Below are positions 40,797 through 54,389 of a stretch of 64,000 nt of DNA, in pieces; position 1 is the first letter of the stretch; every line of letters begins with the position of its first letter. This stretch comes from Octopus vulgaris (Eukaryota): contig OX597827.1 in assembly GCA_951406725.2 (NCBI GenBank), positions 42,966,001 through 43,030,000 on the forward strand. The letters run 5' to 3'. Position numbers and translations under genes: made by a program. The notes beneath the pieces were generated by a model that was given only the letters and a program-made list of their open reading frames with translations, did no database searches and was not told where the DNA came from.

Positions 40797-41796
40797 ATAT
40801 ATTAGAGAAGTGCGAGTGATTATACAATTAATAACATAAGATGTAGAAAAATGAAAGCAAGAAATAAGAAGAAATATAAGGTTAATGTAATAAATCTTGT
40901 AATGTCATCATCGCTTATGGTTTGTACTTTCGTTTGCTCACATTTTCAGCACTTGCCCAGTTTTCACTTTTACAACAATAGAAATAAATAAATAAATAAA
41001 TAAATATAAATATGAAGTGTATTGCACAAGTGTCGAAACTATAGTGATATCTGTTTGGTCAACAGATGATGGGAAGTGACATACGTTGTGCTAGATTGTG
41101 AATTTCTTATATCTTAGTCCCGTTATTCTGATTTGTCCTTCTTTCTTGTAAAGCAGAAAACGTTTGTGGATTCATAGTTTGAGGAGATCGATCACTTTGA
41201 AGAAAACCTAATTAGGCTTGAACAATGCTTAGATATTGGTGCCTAGTTTGGGGTGGTTCTTTGGCATATATATTATTATCTATTTTAGGACTTATAATAA
41301 AGCTTCCAATATACTGAATCATAAAGAAACTAATAACATTCTAAATTTTAAGCTGGGTTCAATGTCTTTTCAAATACATAATAACAAAGAGGATTTCTCT
41401 TCCGTGACAGATACTGCAGGGAAGGTCTTTCGAAGCTGGAATCACCATGACGAACGTATTAAATATATATCTGTGCAGTTTTATTTTAATCGTCGCTGCT
41501 CGCTATTTGTTACGTCTTTTGGGGATCTCAGTTCAAATCCCTCCGTAGTGTACATTGGTATTAGACTAAATCCATCATCCGGTTTAACACCATCACCTGG
41601 TATCTTACAAGTTTTTAGCGGTGTCCAATATCTTTCAAGCATTCCGGACAGGCTTTTCGACTCTCACTAATCTAGCAAGCCCCGTAACGTCTTATGGACA
41701 CTGATTTCCCTCATAACTAAAAGGCGCATACATGCATATAGTCATTCATACATACACACATATCTGAAAGTGATATATATATATATATATATATAT

Positions 41797-43661
41797 CGAA
41801 AGACCCTTGTCCTACGTCCTGGTTTTGTTTTGTTGTTTATTTTTTATACTTTATTTTTACCGTTATTGTTTTTACGTTTTTGTATTCTTATTGTTGTCAC
41901 GTATTCTGTATTTTTGTTCGTGTACTTCGTTCGTTTTCCGTCCTCGTGTTGTATACATTCGAAGCTTTCTTCCAGGGGATCTAATGCACTTGGCTTAGAT
42001 TTCCCGTGGCGGGCTGCCCATATCGGAGCAATCTCAAGATTAATCAGCCGAAATTGCTAAGATGATCTGGTTCTTGACTGATGACTGAGGGCTTCGAATG
42101 TCCCGTCCTGTGGTTCTTGTGTCGTCTCTGTGGCGTTTCATGTTCTTGTCCATGTCTGTAATTATTTTTACTGTTTACCTATATAATCGGCGGCTACGTA
42201 TCCACAATTGTCCTTATACGATAAGTATATTTATTTCTCAAGCATTGATACGACTCTTAATCTTTCTTTCTCTCTCTCTCTCCTCCCTTATTCCCCCTCC
42301 TTTCTTTCCCTCTCCATCCGTTCCCCCCCTTCTACGTTTCTCTATCTCTCTCACCTCCAGCCCCCTCGATCTGTCTCTTTCTTCTCCTCCCTCGTCCACC
42401 TTCTCTCTCTTTTCATCTGTCCCTTTCTCTTGTCTTTTGTTCTCACGTGACCGCTGACCGCTGTTGAGCGCTCTTTTCGTTCCAGCAGCCGTTGAAGCAA
42501 CACGTACTTGTTCGTCTCCCTGTGGCCATTAGGCACAACTTCATAAGCCAGCCCCTTGCTCAATTCGTCCTGTCGAAAGACCCTTGTCCTACGTCCTGGT
42601 TTTGTTTTGTTGTTTATTTTTTATACTTTATTTTTACCGTTATTGTTTTTACGTTTTTGTATTCTTATTGTTGTCACGTATTCTGTATTTTTGTTCGTGT
42701 ACTTCGTTCGTTTTCCGTCCTCGTGTTGTATACATTCGAAGCTTTCTTCCAGGGGATCTAATGCACTTGGCTTAGATTTCCCGTGGCGGGCTGCCCATAT
42801 CGGAGCAATCTCAAGATTAATCAGCCGAAATTGCTAAGATGATCTGGTTCTTGACTGATGACTGAGGGCTTCGAATGTCCCGTCCTGTGGTTCTTGTGTC
42901 GTCTCTGTGGCGTTTCATGTTCTTGTCCATGTCTGTAATTATTTTTACTGTTTACCTATATAATCGGCGGCTACGTATCCACAATTGTCCTTATACGATA
43001 AGTATATTTTTTTCTCAAGCATTGATACGACTCTTAATCTTTCTTTCTCTCTCTCTCTCCTCCCTTATTCCCCTCCTTTCTTTCCCTCTCCATCCGTTTC
43101 CCCCCCCTTCTACGTTTCTATATCTCTCTCACCTCCAGCCCCCTCGATCTGTCTCTTTCTTCTCCTCCCTCGTCCACCTTCTCTCTCTTTTCATCTGTCC
43201 CTTTCTCTTGTCTTTTGTTCTCACGTGACCGCTGACCGCTGTTGAGCGCTCTTTTCGTTCCAGCAGCCGTATATATATATATATATATTGTCCTACGTCC
43301 TGGTTTTGTTTTGTTGTTTATTTTTTATACTTTATTTTTACCGTTATTGTTTTTACGTTTTTGTATTCTTATTGTTGTCACGTATTCTGTATTTTTGTTC
43401 GTGTACTTCGTTCGTTTTCCGTCCTCGTGTTGTATACATTCGAAGCTTTCTTCCAGGGGATCTAATGCACTTGGCTTAGATTTCCCGTGGCGGGCTGCCC
43501 ATATCGGAGCAATCTCAAGATTAATCAGCCGAAATTGCTAAGATGATCTGGTTCTTGACTGATGACTGAGGGCTTCGAATGTCCCGTCCTGTGGTTCTTG
43601 TGTCGTCTCTGTGGCGTTTCATGTTCTTGTCCATGTCTGTAATTATTTTTACTGTTTACCT
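41797..43661 (+). mobile_element. structured repeat family 1: near-identical tandem array (777-bp period) plus a third partial copy, all bounded by (TA)n
   Basis: CGAAAGACCCTTGTCCTACG at 41797 and 42574; third copy 43288-43661 after a (TA)n spacer; no coding capacity. Confidence 0.9.
41955..42101 (+). ncRNA. candidate permuted/pseudoknotted hammerhead-like RNA (family 1); repeated at 42732-42878 and 43436-43582
   Basis: GGCUG...AGCAA-UC-UCAAGA-UUAAU-CAGCC-GAAA-UUGCU...UCUUGA-CUGAUGA, enclosed by a 15-bp stem ACAUUCGAAGCUUUC/GAGGGCUUCGAAUGU. Confidence 0.6.
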
Positions 43662-43783
43662 ATATATATATATATATATATATATAACGGGAAGCTTTAT
43701 GAAAATAAACAAAAGACGAAGGCAGGTGGAATACAAACAAACAATTGTATTAGTATGGCGCTCAGGAATGTAAATAAAACAAG

Positions 43784-43821
43784 TCTTTTACGTTTCGAGC
43801 CTACGCTCTTCAACAGAAAGA
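43784..43821 (-). ncRNA. minimal type I hammerhead in a pLTR-like fragment (43686-43830)
   Basis: UCUUU-CUGUUGA-A-GAGC(GUAG)GCUC-GAAA-CG-UA-AAAGA; palindromic ACGU stem III; A6U deviation. Confidence 0.65.
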
Positions 43822-43904
43822 TACACAGAAAATATATGATTGATTGATTTGATTGATTGATTCTAGTTTCAGCTCATGAGCTGTGGCCATGCTGGGGCAC
43901 CGCC

Positions 43905-43943
<39 letters not shown>

Positions 43944-44332
43944 TTACTGGTTAAAGCTGGTTTATAGGGTGACCGTGGGTTTCTCGCCATAAAGGGTAAT
44001 TTTATGGCGTACCATAAAGGGTACCTTTATGGCGTATCGGTTGGTGTGACTGAAGGAGGACGACACAACTGTCCAACAAAAGGGAACGTGAAACAATTTT
44101 GTGATGTTTTGCAGTTTCACTAAACAAGTGTAAATGTGTGTGTATGTATACACACATATACACATATGTATACATACATGCATATATATATATATATACA
44201 TAACCTGTTGGAGTATATGTAAATGGATGAATGAATTATCATTTGTTTACAGTTAACACCAATGTTGTCTTCGAAACATATGTCGAAAGTAAAAGAATTT
44301 GAATAACACCTGCGTTCAACTCCATTTATTTA

Positions 44333-44388
<56 letters not shown>

Positions 44389-44452
44389 TATCTTCATCTA
44401 TATTTATCTCTCCGTCAGTCAATATATCTTTAATTATCTATATGTATGCATG

Positions 44453-44509
<57 letters not shown>

Positions 44510-44608
44510 ACGTGTGTATGTGTTACGTATAAATGCATGCATACATACATGCATGTGCGTGGGTGTGTGAGTGAGTGTGTATGTATGTATGTATGTATGT
44601 ATAGGCTT

Positions 44609-45010
44609 TAGGCACAGGAGTGACTGTGTGGTAAGTGGCTTGCTTACCAGCCACATAGTTCCGGGTTCAGTCCACACTGCATGGCACCTTGGCCAGTTAT
44701 CTTCTACTATAGCCCCGGGCCGACCAAAGCTTTCTGAGTGGATTTGGTAGACGGAAACTGAAAGAAGCCCGTCGTATATATGTGCATATACGTATGTGTG
44801 TGTATGTGTTTGTGTCTGTGTTTGTCCTCCCAGCATCGCTTGACAACCGATGCTGGTGTGTTTACGTCCCCGTAACTTAGCGGTTCGGCAAAAAGACACC
44901 GATAGAATAAGTATTAGGCTTACAAAGAATAAGTCCTGGGGGTCGATTTGCTCGACTAAAAGGTGGTGCTCCAGCATGGCCACAGTCAAATGACTGAAAC
45001 AAGTAAAAGC
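44609..45010 (+). mobile_element. SINE family A
   Basis: Full-length copy. Confidence 0.9.
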
Positions 45011-45736
45011 GAAAGAGAAAGATATTTTTTATTTTTATTTTATCTAGTTTCAGCTCACGAGCTGTGGCCATGCTGGGGCACCGCCATTTCTCTTTCATGA
45101 TATGCACGTTTTTTTTCTTTTCACTCCAAATCTCATTAAAGTAACTTGCATTTTAAGGGAATATTTATTTACCGAAAATTTCGAGATTCTAAGTGACGTA
45201 TAAATGACGATAATGTTGTGTATATTTGAGAGATAATTTGATATAAACGATGGATGGAATGAGGTCATCGCTTTGGCTTGTGATAAGGACCGGACTGAGA
45301 AGCGTTTGAAATAAACCTGACGTCATATAAATTCATTGATTGTTACGTTCGGTGCTTCCATACATACATGGAGACGGACACACGCACAGATAGGTGTGTG
45401 CTTGTATGTATGTATGTATGTATGTATGTATGTATGTATGTATGTATGCATGTATGCATGTATGTATGAATGCATGTATGTATGTATGTATGTATGAATG
45501 TATGAATGTGTGTATGTATGTATGTATGTATGTATGTGTGTATGCGTATGTGTGTATGGACGTATATGTGGGCGTATGTGTGTGTATGTGTGCATAAATG
45601 TGTGTGTACAGATGTATGTATGTATGTATGTATGTATGCATGTATGCATTTTACACACACACCGAGAGAGAAAAATAGACTGACAAATATGTAGATAGAG
45701 AGACAGACAGACAAACAGACAGATAGATTGCTAGGG

Positions 45737-45807
<71 letters not shown>

Positions 45808-45968
45808 GTTTCTTTATTGGCCACACAGGGCTGCACACAGATGGGACAAATTACAAGGTAGAGCTTTTGGGGGATGAAAAAAACAAAAAAACAAAAAAAA
45901 GAAACAAAAAAAGGGAAAAAAATGTGGCGTAGGTTTTCGATCAAAAAGGATCTTAAAAGGGAAAAAAG

Positions 45969-46041
<73 letters not shown>

Positions 46042-47048
46042 ACGGACAGACAGATAGACAGACAGACAGACGGACAAATAGATAGATTTCGTAGAAAAAA
46101 AATAGAACCAATTCTCAAGTGCATGTGTGTGTGTGTGTGTGTGTGTGTGAAGGACCCAGATATTTGTAGGCGGCACTTATATAAGTGTCATACATGAAAT
46201 TCTCAGCCCTCAAGCTTCTTTTCTAACCTTTCAACCGATTAACGCACACACACACACATACACACACACACACATACACACACACACATACACACGCACA
46301 CACACACACACGTTTAATAAACATGCTCTCTACTAAAAAGTACTGAGAAATACCTCAGTTTAACATAAAATTGCACATAAAAACAAACAATGCACACACG
46401 CACATATACACACGCACACAGACACACACACACACACACACACATACATGCCCACTCACGCACACGCACTCACACGCTCATCACGGTGTACAAGCGAGAG
46501 ACAATTATTATTCAACGCATTTTATTCATTCTCATATTCCTTTATTCCGCTATAACGTGATATTACAATGCAATGTTTTAACTTCATGCTTTTGCAATCA
46601 ACAGCAGCGTACTTTCACTGCTGCCGCTACTGCTGCTGCTGCTGCTGCTTCGCATATCAGCTCTGATCCAGCAGATTTTTGATCAAAGCTGTAAGAGCTT
46701 TTACCATCCCATCTTTTTCAGTCAGATGTAGCGTGTTTAGGACTGTATTCCCTCGTGTATTCGTTTAAGACGGCGGCAGGTGGCGTGATTTGAGAAATGT
46801 TCGGGCTGATATTCATGGCAGGTCAAGCCGACCAAATTCGCGGCCTTCTCATTGCTTCGTACACTGGTCTGTTGTAGTGTCTGCTGTTGCTGTTGTTGTT
46901 GTTGTAACGGTGACGGTGGCGGTGATGGTTGTGGGGGTGTCGTAGAGATGGTGGGAATTTAGCTCCAGGGTTTTAGCTCGGCTCAGAGAAGTCCTACACT
47001 AGCTCTAAATAACCACCGACCCTTCATCAAGTAGCTCATCTATAATTT

Positions 47049-47432
47049 CTCTCTATATAAAGCTGAAGTTGTCTGTGTATGGCAGGTTTGGTAACCTTCA
47101 ACTAACACTATCTCCTCCGAGACCCTGCGGCGCAAGTTGACCAAAATTGAGAGTTTGATAGAAGAAGGCTTGCTCTTCCTTCTGTAGAAAATTCAAATCG
47201 GACCGTGTTAACACCAAAAATTATTTACATCAAAAAGGTGCTTTTTTTCTATGGAAATCCCTATTTTTTACGATTTTTTGACTGCTGTGTCGCCATTTTT
47301 CATTGTATTTCAACCAGAAAAATGTTCACTTAAAGAGAATAACAAGCTACATAATGCAACATTTTTACTTTTCAAAAATTCCAATTCTAAAGGGTCGAAG
47401 CAAACCCGAGCAACGCCGGGCGATACTGCTAT
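47049..47432 (+). mobile_element. non-autonomous Helitron-like element
   Basis: 5' TCTATATAAAGCTGAAG start and 3' GC-rich hairpin CCCGAGCAACGCCGGG followed by CTGCTA (CTAG-like end). Confidence 0.6.
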
Positions 47433-47884
47433 TATGATATAATATAATATCATGCGGTTTCAAATTTTGGCACAGGGCCAGCTGTTTTTTTAGGGACAAA
47501 TCTATTACATAGACCCCAGTACTCAACTGGTACTTATTTTATCGACCCCGGAATGAATTAAAGGCAAAGTCGACCTCAGTGGAATTTGAGCTCAGAACAT
47601 AAAGATGGACGATATGCCGTTAAGTGCTTTATCCGGCGTGCTAACAATTCTGGCAACTCACCGCCTTAATATAATATAATAAAATTCTTCTATTCTTCTA
47701 TTTGTTTCAGTCATTTGCCTGCGGCCATGCTGGAGCATCGCCTTTAGTTGAACAACCCACATGACTTATTCTTTGTAAGCCTAGTACTTATCCTATCGGA
47801 CTCTTTTAGCAAACTCCCAAGTTACGGGTACGTAAACACACCAACATCGGTTGTCATGCGATGGTGGGGGGACAAACACACACA

Positions 47885-47946
<62 letters not shown>

Positions 47947-48186
47947 ATGGGCTTCTTTCAGTTTCCTTCAACGAGATACACTCACAAGGCTTTAGTCGGT
48001 CCTAGGCTATAGTAGGAGACACTTGCCCAAGGTGCCACGCAGTGGAACTAAACCCGGAATCGAAACTGCGATCCTACGACCGCGAATCCGCTGCCCTGAC
48101 CACTGGGCCTTTGCGCTTCCACTCATAAGATGTAAATGTATAATAAACATGTAGACATATTTATTATACTTTTGGTCGTCTTAGAT

Positions 48187-49719
48187 CAGCGGTTCTCAAC
48201 CATTTTTTTAAACCTCTGGACCCCTTTGAGTCCTATTCTATTCTGGTAGACCTCTAAAGCCCTTCGATGTGTTAAAAACTAGTTTTATACACGTTCTTTT
48301 CTAAATTCCTATTTTGTTATATAAGCTACCCAGTAGCTTATATAAGTTGATCTATGTAAAACGTTAGTGAAAGATTAATAACTTTAAACGGTATTTTATT
48401 ATTCAACCATAATATTCTACAAAGTATATTAAGCATTTTTATAAGTCAATACCATGTACTACTGTGTTAGCAGTGCACTTAAGTCATGTGTTGAGGTCAT
48501 CTCTACAGATTATCTACAGAAATTATAGCCGGCACTAATTTTCGTTACGACGTTTCGTATCCAAGATGCCAGATGTAAACAAAAAAATGAGACTGAATAT
48601 CCAAACAATGGGTAAGGGGTGTGCATGCCATATTTCAGATTTTGCTCCCTCATCATTGCCTATCTAACCATTAATCATCCACAAACTCAATGCTTAAATA
48701 GCCACTGCATATAGTGGTGTAATGTTATTGGATATACCAATTTACATATTAAATACATTCTTGCAAGCTGGTACATAAACATTAATGACTCGTAGGCACA
48801 TGGTATTTCGTCATGCAACCATAATATGCTACAAAGTATATTAAACGTTTTTATAAGTCAATACCATGTACTACTGTGTTAGCAGTGCACTTAAGTCATG
48901 TGTTGAGGTCATCTCTACAGATTATCTACAGAAATTATAGCCGGCACTAATTTTCGTTACGACGTTTCGTATCCAAGATGCCAGATGTAAACAAAAAAAA
49001 AAAAAAAGAGATCGAAGATGAAAAAAAGAAAGGATAATACACGTGTATGCCATATTGCAGGAGGAGTTCTTACTCCTTCACCAACACTCTTAATCACCCA
49101 CGAACTCATTGTTTAAATAACTACTAAATGTCGCGGTGTAATGTTATTTGATATACCAATTTTACATATTAAACACATTCCTGGAAGCTGCCACGTAGGC
49201 ACACAGTAATCCGCTATGCAACCATAATATATCATATATAGTATATTAAACGTTTTTATGAGTCAATACCATGTTAATACCGTGTTAGCAGTGCACTTAA
49301 ATCATGTGTTGAGTTCATCTCTACAGATTATCAACAGAAATTATACCCGGCACTGATTTTTGTTACGACGTTGTGTATTCGAAACATGGTACATGGTATT
49401 GACTTATAAAAACATTTAATATACTTTGTAGCATATCATGGTTGCATAACGGAATACCATGTGCCTACAAGTCATTAATATTTACGTACCAGCTTCCAGG
49501 AATATGTTTAATATGTAAATTGGTATACCCAATAATGTTACACTGCTATATGTATTGGTTATTTAAGCAATGAGCTCGTGACTGATCAATGAGTTGGATG
49601 GATGCTGATGAAGGAGCAAAAATCCCGAAATATGGAGTATACGCCCAATTTTTCACCTATGTATGTTTATTACGACGTTTGGTATCCGTATCCGAGATAC
49701 CAAACGTTGAGAACCACTG
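48187..49719. mobile_element. non-autonomous hAT element with internal ~420-bp direct and inverted subrepeats
   Basis: TIRs CAGCGGTTCTCAAC / GTTGAGAACCACTG; TSD-like TCTTAGAT / TTTCAGAT; CAACCATAATAT...GTTACGACG unit at about 48405, 48817, 49220, inverted copy at about 49385-49640. Confidence 0.8.
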
Positions 49720-50020
49720 TTTCAGATCTAAAGGGAGAATAGGAACCTCATTATTACTGAGATTTACTGCTGCTCTGGTCACTGAAATAAAAATAATAGG
49801 TTGAAGTTTCAGATATGTTAATCTATGGCATGCGTGTTCGCAGTGACGGATTACATGGTTTTCAATAACACGCAAGAAACTGGGGGAAAAGTCTCCCAAC
49901 AATATCATGTTGTAAAAAAACCCATCTTATCTTTAAACATTACCTAAAACTATAATGCATGCATAAGACACTCTGACGCACAGATTTATTTTCTTTCATC
50001 GTTTATCCTTCACTTGTTTA

Positions 50021-50253
50021 AAGGCGGCGAGCTGGCAGAATCGTTAGCACACCGGGCGAAATGCTTTGCGGTATTTCGTCTGTCGTTACGTTCTGAGTTC
50101 AAATTCCGCCAAGGTTGACTTTGCCTTTCATCCTTTCGTGGTCGATAAATAAAGTACCAGTTTCGCACTGGGGTCGATGTAATCGGCTTAATCCGTTTGT
50201 CTGTCCTTGTTTGTCCCCTCTATGTTTAGCCCCTTGAGGGTAGTAAAGAAATA
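50021..50253 (+). mobile_element. SINE family B
   Basis: Full-length copy. Confidence 0.9.
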
Positions 50254-50411
50254 TATCCTTCACTTGTTTCAGTTATTAGATTGCGGTCATTTTGGAGCCC
50301 CGCATTGAAGAATTTCTATGCGAACGAAGCGATTCTACAACTTATTTGTTTATCTATTTTTCGCTTTTTTTTAGGTCTGGTACTTGTTCTATTGGTCTTT
50401 TTTTTTTTGCC

Positions 50412-50818
50412 GGAGTGGCTGTGTGGTAAGTAGCTTGCTTACCAGCCACATGGTTCCGGGTTCATTCCCACTGCGTGGCACCTTGGGCAAGTGTCTTCTA
50501 CTATAGTCTCGGGCCGACCAAAGCTTTGTGAGTGGATTTGGTAGACGGAAACTGAGAGAAGCCCGTCCTATATATATGTACATATATGTATGTGTGTGTA
50601 TATGTTTGTGTGTCTGTGTTTGCCACCCCCACCCCACCAACATCACTTGACAACCGATGCTGGTGTGTTTACGTCCCCGTAACTTAGCGGTTCGGCAAAA
50701 GAGATCGATAATAAGTACTAGGCTTACAAAGAATAAGCCCTGGGGTCAATTTGCTCGACTAAGTGCGGTGCTCCAGCATGGGCAGAGTCAAATGACTGAA
50801 ATAAGTAAAAGAGTAAAA
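50412..50818 (+). mobile_element. SINE family A
   Basis: Near full-length copy. Confidence 0.9.
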
Positions 50819-51250
50819 AAGTAACCGATAAGTTACGGGAACGTAAACACATCAACACCAGTTGCGAAGCAGTGGTGGAGGGATGCAAAAAAGACGCAGA
50901 AATCAGTCGTGGCCAAGCTGCAGCCCGTGGGACTTTCTGAATATGTTGTAATGCCATGTCTCACGAAAACAAAAATTACTTTTAAACTTTTTCAGCTTTT
51001 AAAGCTGCGGTCATGCTGGATCACGACTTAGGTGTTCTTTTTTTGCTTTTTCTTTTTCTTTTTTTTTTTTAGTAGTATTTGGGCCGCTTGAGGATGAAGC
51101 GGTCCGTTTATAGAAAATTTTGAAAAAAAAGTTACCCATACTGCGAACTGGCAGAGTCGTTAGCACGCCCGGCAAGATACTTCGCAGCATTTCGTCTGTC
51201 TTTACGTCCTGAGTACAAATTCCGCCGAGGTCAACTTTGCCTTCTATCTG

Positions 51251-51701
51251 TAGGCGCAGGAGTGGCTCGTAGGCGCAGGAGTGGATCGTAGACGCAGGAG
51301 TGGCTATGTGGTTAGTAGCTTGCTTACCAACCACATGGTTCCGGATTTAGGCCCACTGCATGCCATCTTGGGCAAGTGTCTTCTACTATAGTCTCGGGCG
51401 CCGACCAAAGCCTTGTGAGTGGATTTGGTATACGGAAACTGAAAGAATCCCATCGTATGTGTATGTGTGTGTCTGTGTGTGTTTGTCTGTGTATGTTTGT
51501 CCCCCCCCCCACCATCGCTTGACAACAGATGCTGATGTGTTTACGTCCCCGTAACTTAGCGGTTCGGCAAAAGAAAACCGACAGGATAAGTACTGGGCTT
51601 ACAAAGAATAAGTACTGGGGTCGATTTGTTCGACTAAAAAAGGCGGTGCTCCAGCATGGCCGCAGTCAAATTACTGAAACAAGTTTAAAAGAGTAAAAGA
51701 G
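51251..51701 (+). mobile_element. SINE family A with triplicated 5' 19-mer
   Basis: TAGRCGCAGGAGTGGMT repeated three times before the body. Confidence 0.85.
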
Positions 51702-52296
51702 TATCTCTGATCAAAAGCAATCCAGCCATGGCTATCTTGTCTGCTTTGCTTTGTATGTATTGTGTATCTTTTTACTTCAGTGTTCAGTGTTGTCCGTAGA
51801 CGTGATCATGTTCAAGAACGAATGATATTGATTCGGTATTAATCAACATAATTGTCAACCTGTTCTTTGCTAACGTCGTTGTCATCATCATCATCATCAA
51901 CAACAACAACAACAAAAACATCATCATCACCGGAGACCCCCGTCGGTCATGACTGACCATGAGATTGCACCTAGAAAGTTACCCTCCCAGGCACAAGTCC
52001 GGGCAAGGTTGTTTTATGGAAGACCATCAGTCGCCCATGCATACCGGCCTCCCCTCTCCACGCCACCGATCTTATCCAAGGGAAATGCAAAGGGGCCGAA
52101 ACAGCTTGGCACCAGTGACGTCCCAACTCATTTCTATTGTTGAGTGAACTAGAGCAGCATGAAATAAAGTGTCTTGCTCAAGAACACAACACGCAGCCCG
52201 GTCCGGGATTCGAACTCACAACCTCACGGTCGTAAGCTTGACGCTTTAATCACTGAGCCATGCGCCTTCACTTCATCATCACCACCACCAAAATAA

Positions 52297-52361
<65 letters not shown>

Positions 52362-53552
52362 TATCATCATCATCATCATCGTTATCGTCATCATTATTCC
52401 GGCGACCATCAGCAATAGTACCACCACCACCAACAACAACAGCAAGAACCCTTAACGTTACTGCTGTCACCACAAACTTCGCCAATACAACCACTGCCAC
52501 CAGCACCAACACCATCCGTATCAACAGCAACAGCAGCACCACCAGCACCACCACCACTACCACCACTACCACCACCACTACCACCACCACTACCAGCACC
52601 AGCACCACCACCACTAACACCACTAGGGTCATCATCATCATCATCCTCATCCTCATGACGATGACGACAACGACTACCACCGTCACCACTACCACCACCA
52701 CCACCACCAAGACCATTACCACTAGTGACACTAAGACACCACAACCCTACCACAGCTACCAGCACCAGCACCACCCCCATTACCCTCACGACGGACCACC
52801 ACCACAACCACTACCACCATGACCATCACCGTCGATATTATGACTGATAAAACTAATACCATTGCCAACAACGCCACTACAATTGCTGCCACCACCTTCT
52901 ACCCCCACCTTCACCATTACCATCATTATTTTAACCACCGACTTCTATGGTGGCAATGACAATGACGAAGAAGACCACCACCACCACCAGCATCATCAAC
53001 ACTACCACTATCACCACCACCACCACTGCCACAACCACCACCATTAGAATCAATAGAGTCATCAACACCACCATCGCCACTACGGCGACGATGAGAACCA
53101 CGACCTCGACTTCGACGACCACCACTACCACCACCACTACCACCACCACCACCACCACCACCACCACCACCACCACAACCACCGTTCACGTCATTAGCAC
53201 CATCATCATCATTGTCGTCATCATCATCATTATCGTCATCATCGAACCGTTCAGATATGTCTGCCGGGATAGTTTCAGAGCACAAAAGCGACCAGAATTT
53301 CAGGAATGGGTTAAACATTGCTTAGAGATGATGTCAGCATTCTTCGATGGAACTGGTGACACTGGCGAATAGCTTTCCTTTACCAAAATGCCAAAATACA
53401 TTCCCAAAGACACATACAAGCACTCTTTCGCAAGCACTGACAAGCACACGCGCACACATACCCCCAACACACACACACATATACATACATAACCGTGGTA
53501 TGTGGTATGTATGCATGTGTGTGTATGTTTTTATATAAATATATATATATAC

Positions 53553-53596
<44 letters not shown>

Positions 53597-53659
53597 GCAT
53601 GTATGTATGTATACTAGTAAATAATAAATGATAATAATAATACAATCTTATATTCATTT

Positions 53660-53881
53660 ATTTGTTTCAGTCATTTGACTGCGGCCATGCTGGAGCACCA
53701 CCTTTAGTCGACCAAATCGACCCCAGGACTTATTCTTCGTAAGCCCAGTACATATTCTACCAGCCACTCTTGCCGAATCGCTAAGTTACGGGGACGTAAA
53801 CACACCACCATCGGTTGTCAAGCAATGTTAGGGGGACAAACACGGACACACAAACATATACATACACGCACAGACACACAG

Positions 53882-53962
<81 letters not shown>

Positions 53963-53995
53963 CATATATATACATATACATACATATATATACAT

Positions 53996-54058
<63 letters not shown>

Positions 54059-54389
54059 CAATCAATGTAGGGTGGCAAAAGAATTCAGCAGAAATTATTT
54101 GCTACCAGCGGCCTAGTGGGGAAAAGTAAATAGTCAGAGACCATTAATAAATTCAACAGCAAAATTTAGGAACGGCCATAATAGGCCGTTCAACCCACTA
54201 GAAATAGCAGCCAAGGCTTCAACCGCAAAACAATATTAATTCCGTAAACCAGGAGAAAATTAAAAAAACTAGGGTAAATGTTTTTTAAATTTTCTCCTGG
54301 TTTACGGAATTAATATTGTTTTGCGGTTGAAGCCTTGGCTGCTATTTCTAGTGGGTTGAACGGCCTATTATGGCCGTTCCTAAATTTTG

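Noticed and set aside
41005-41055. GAAACTATAGT palindrome resembling HHR stem III
   Set aside because: No CUGANGA-like core in register and the triplet would be GUG
42011-42060. HDV-like ribozyme reading of the family 1 pseudoknot
   Set aside because: Lacks the P3/L3 UCCUCG-type loop and P1.1/J4-2 signature; the hammerhead core fits better
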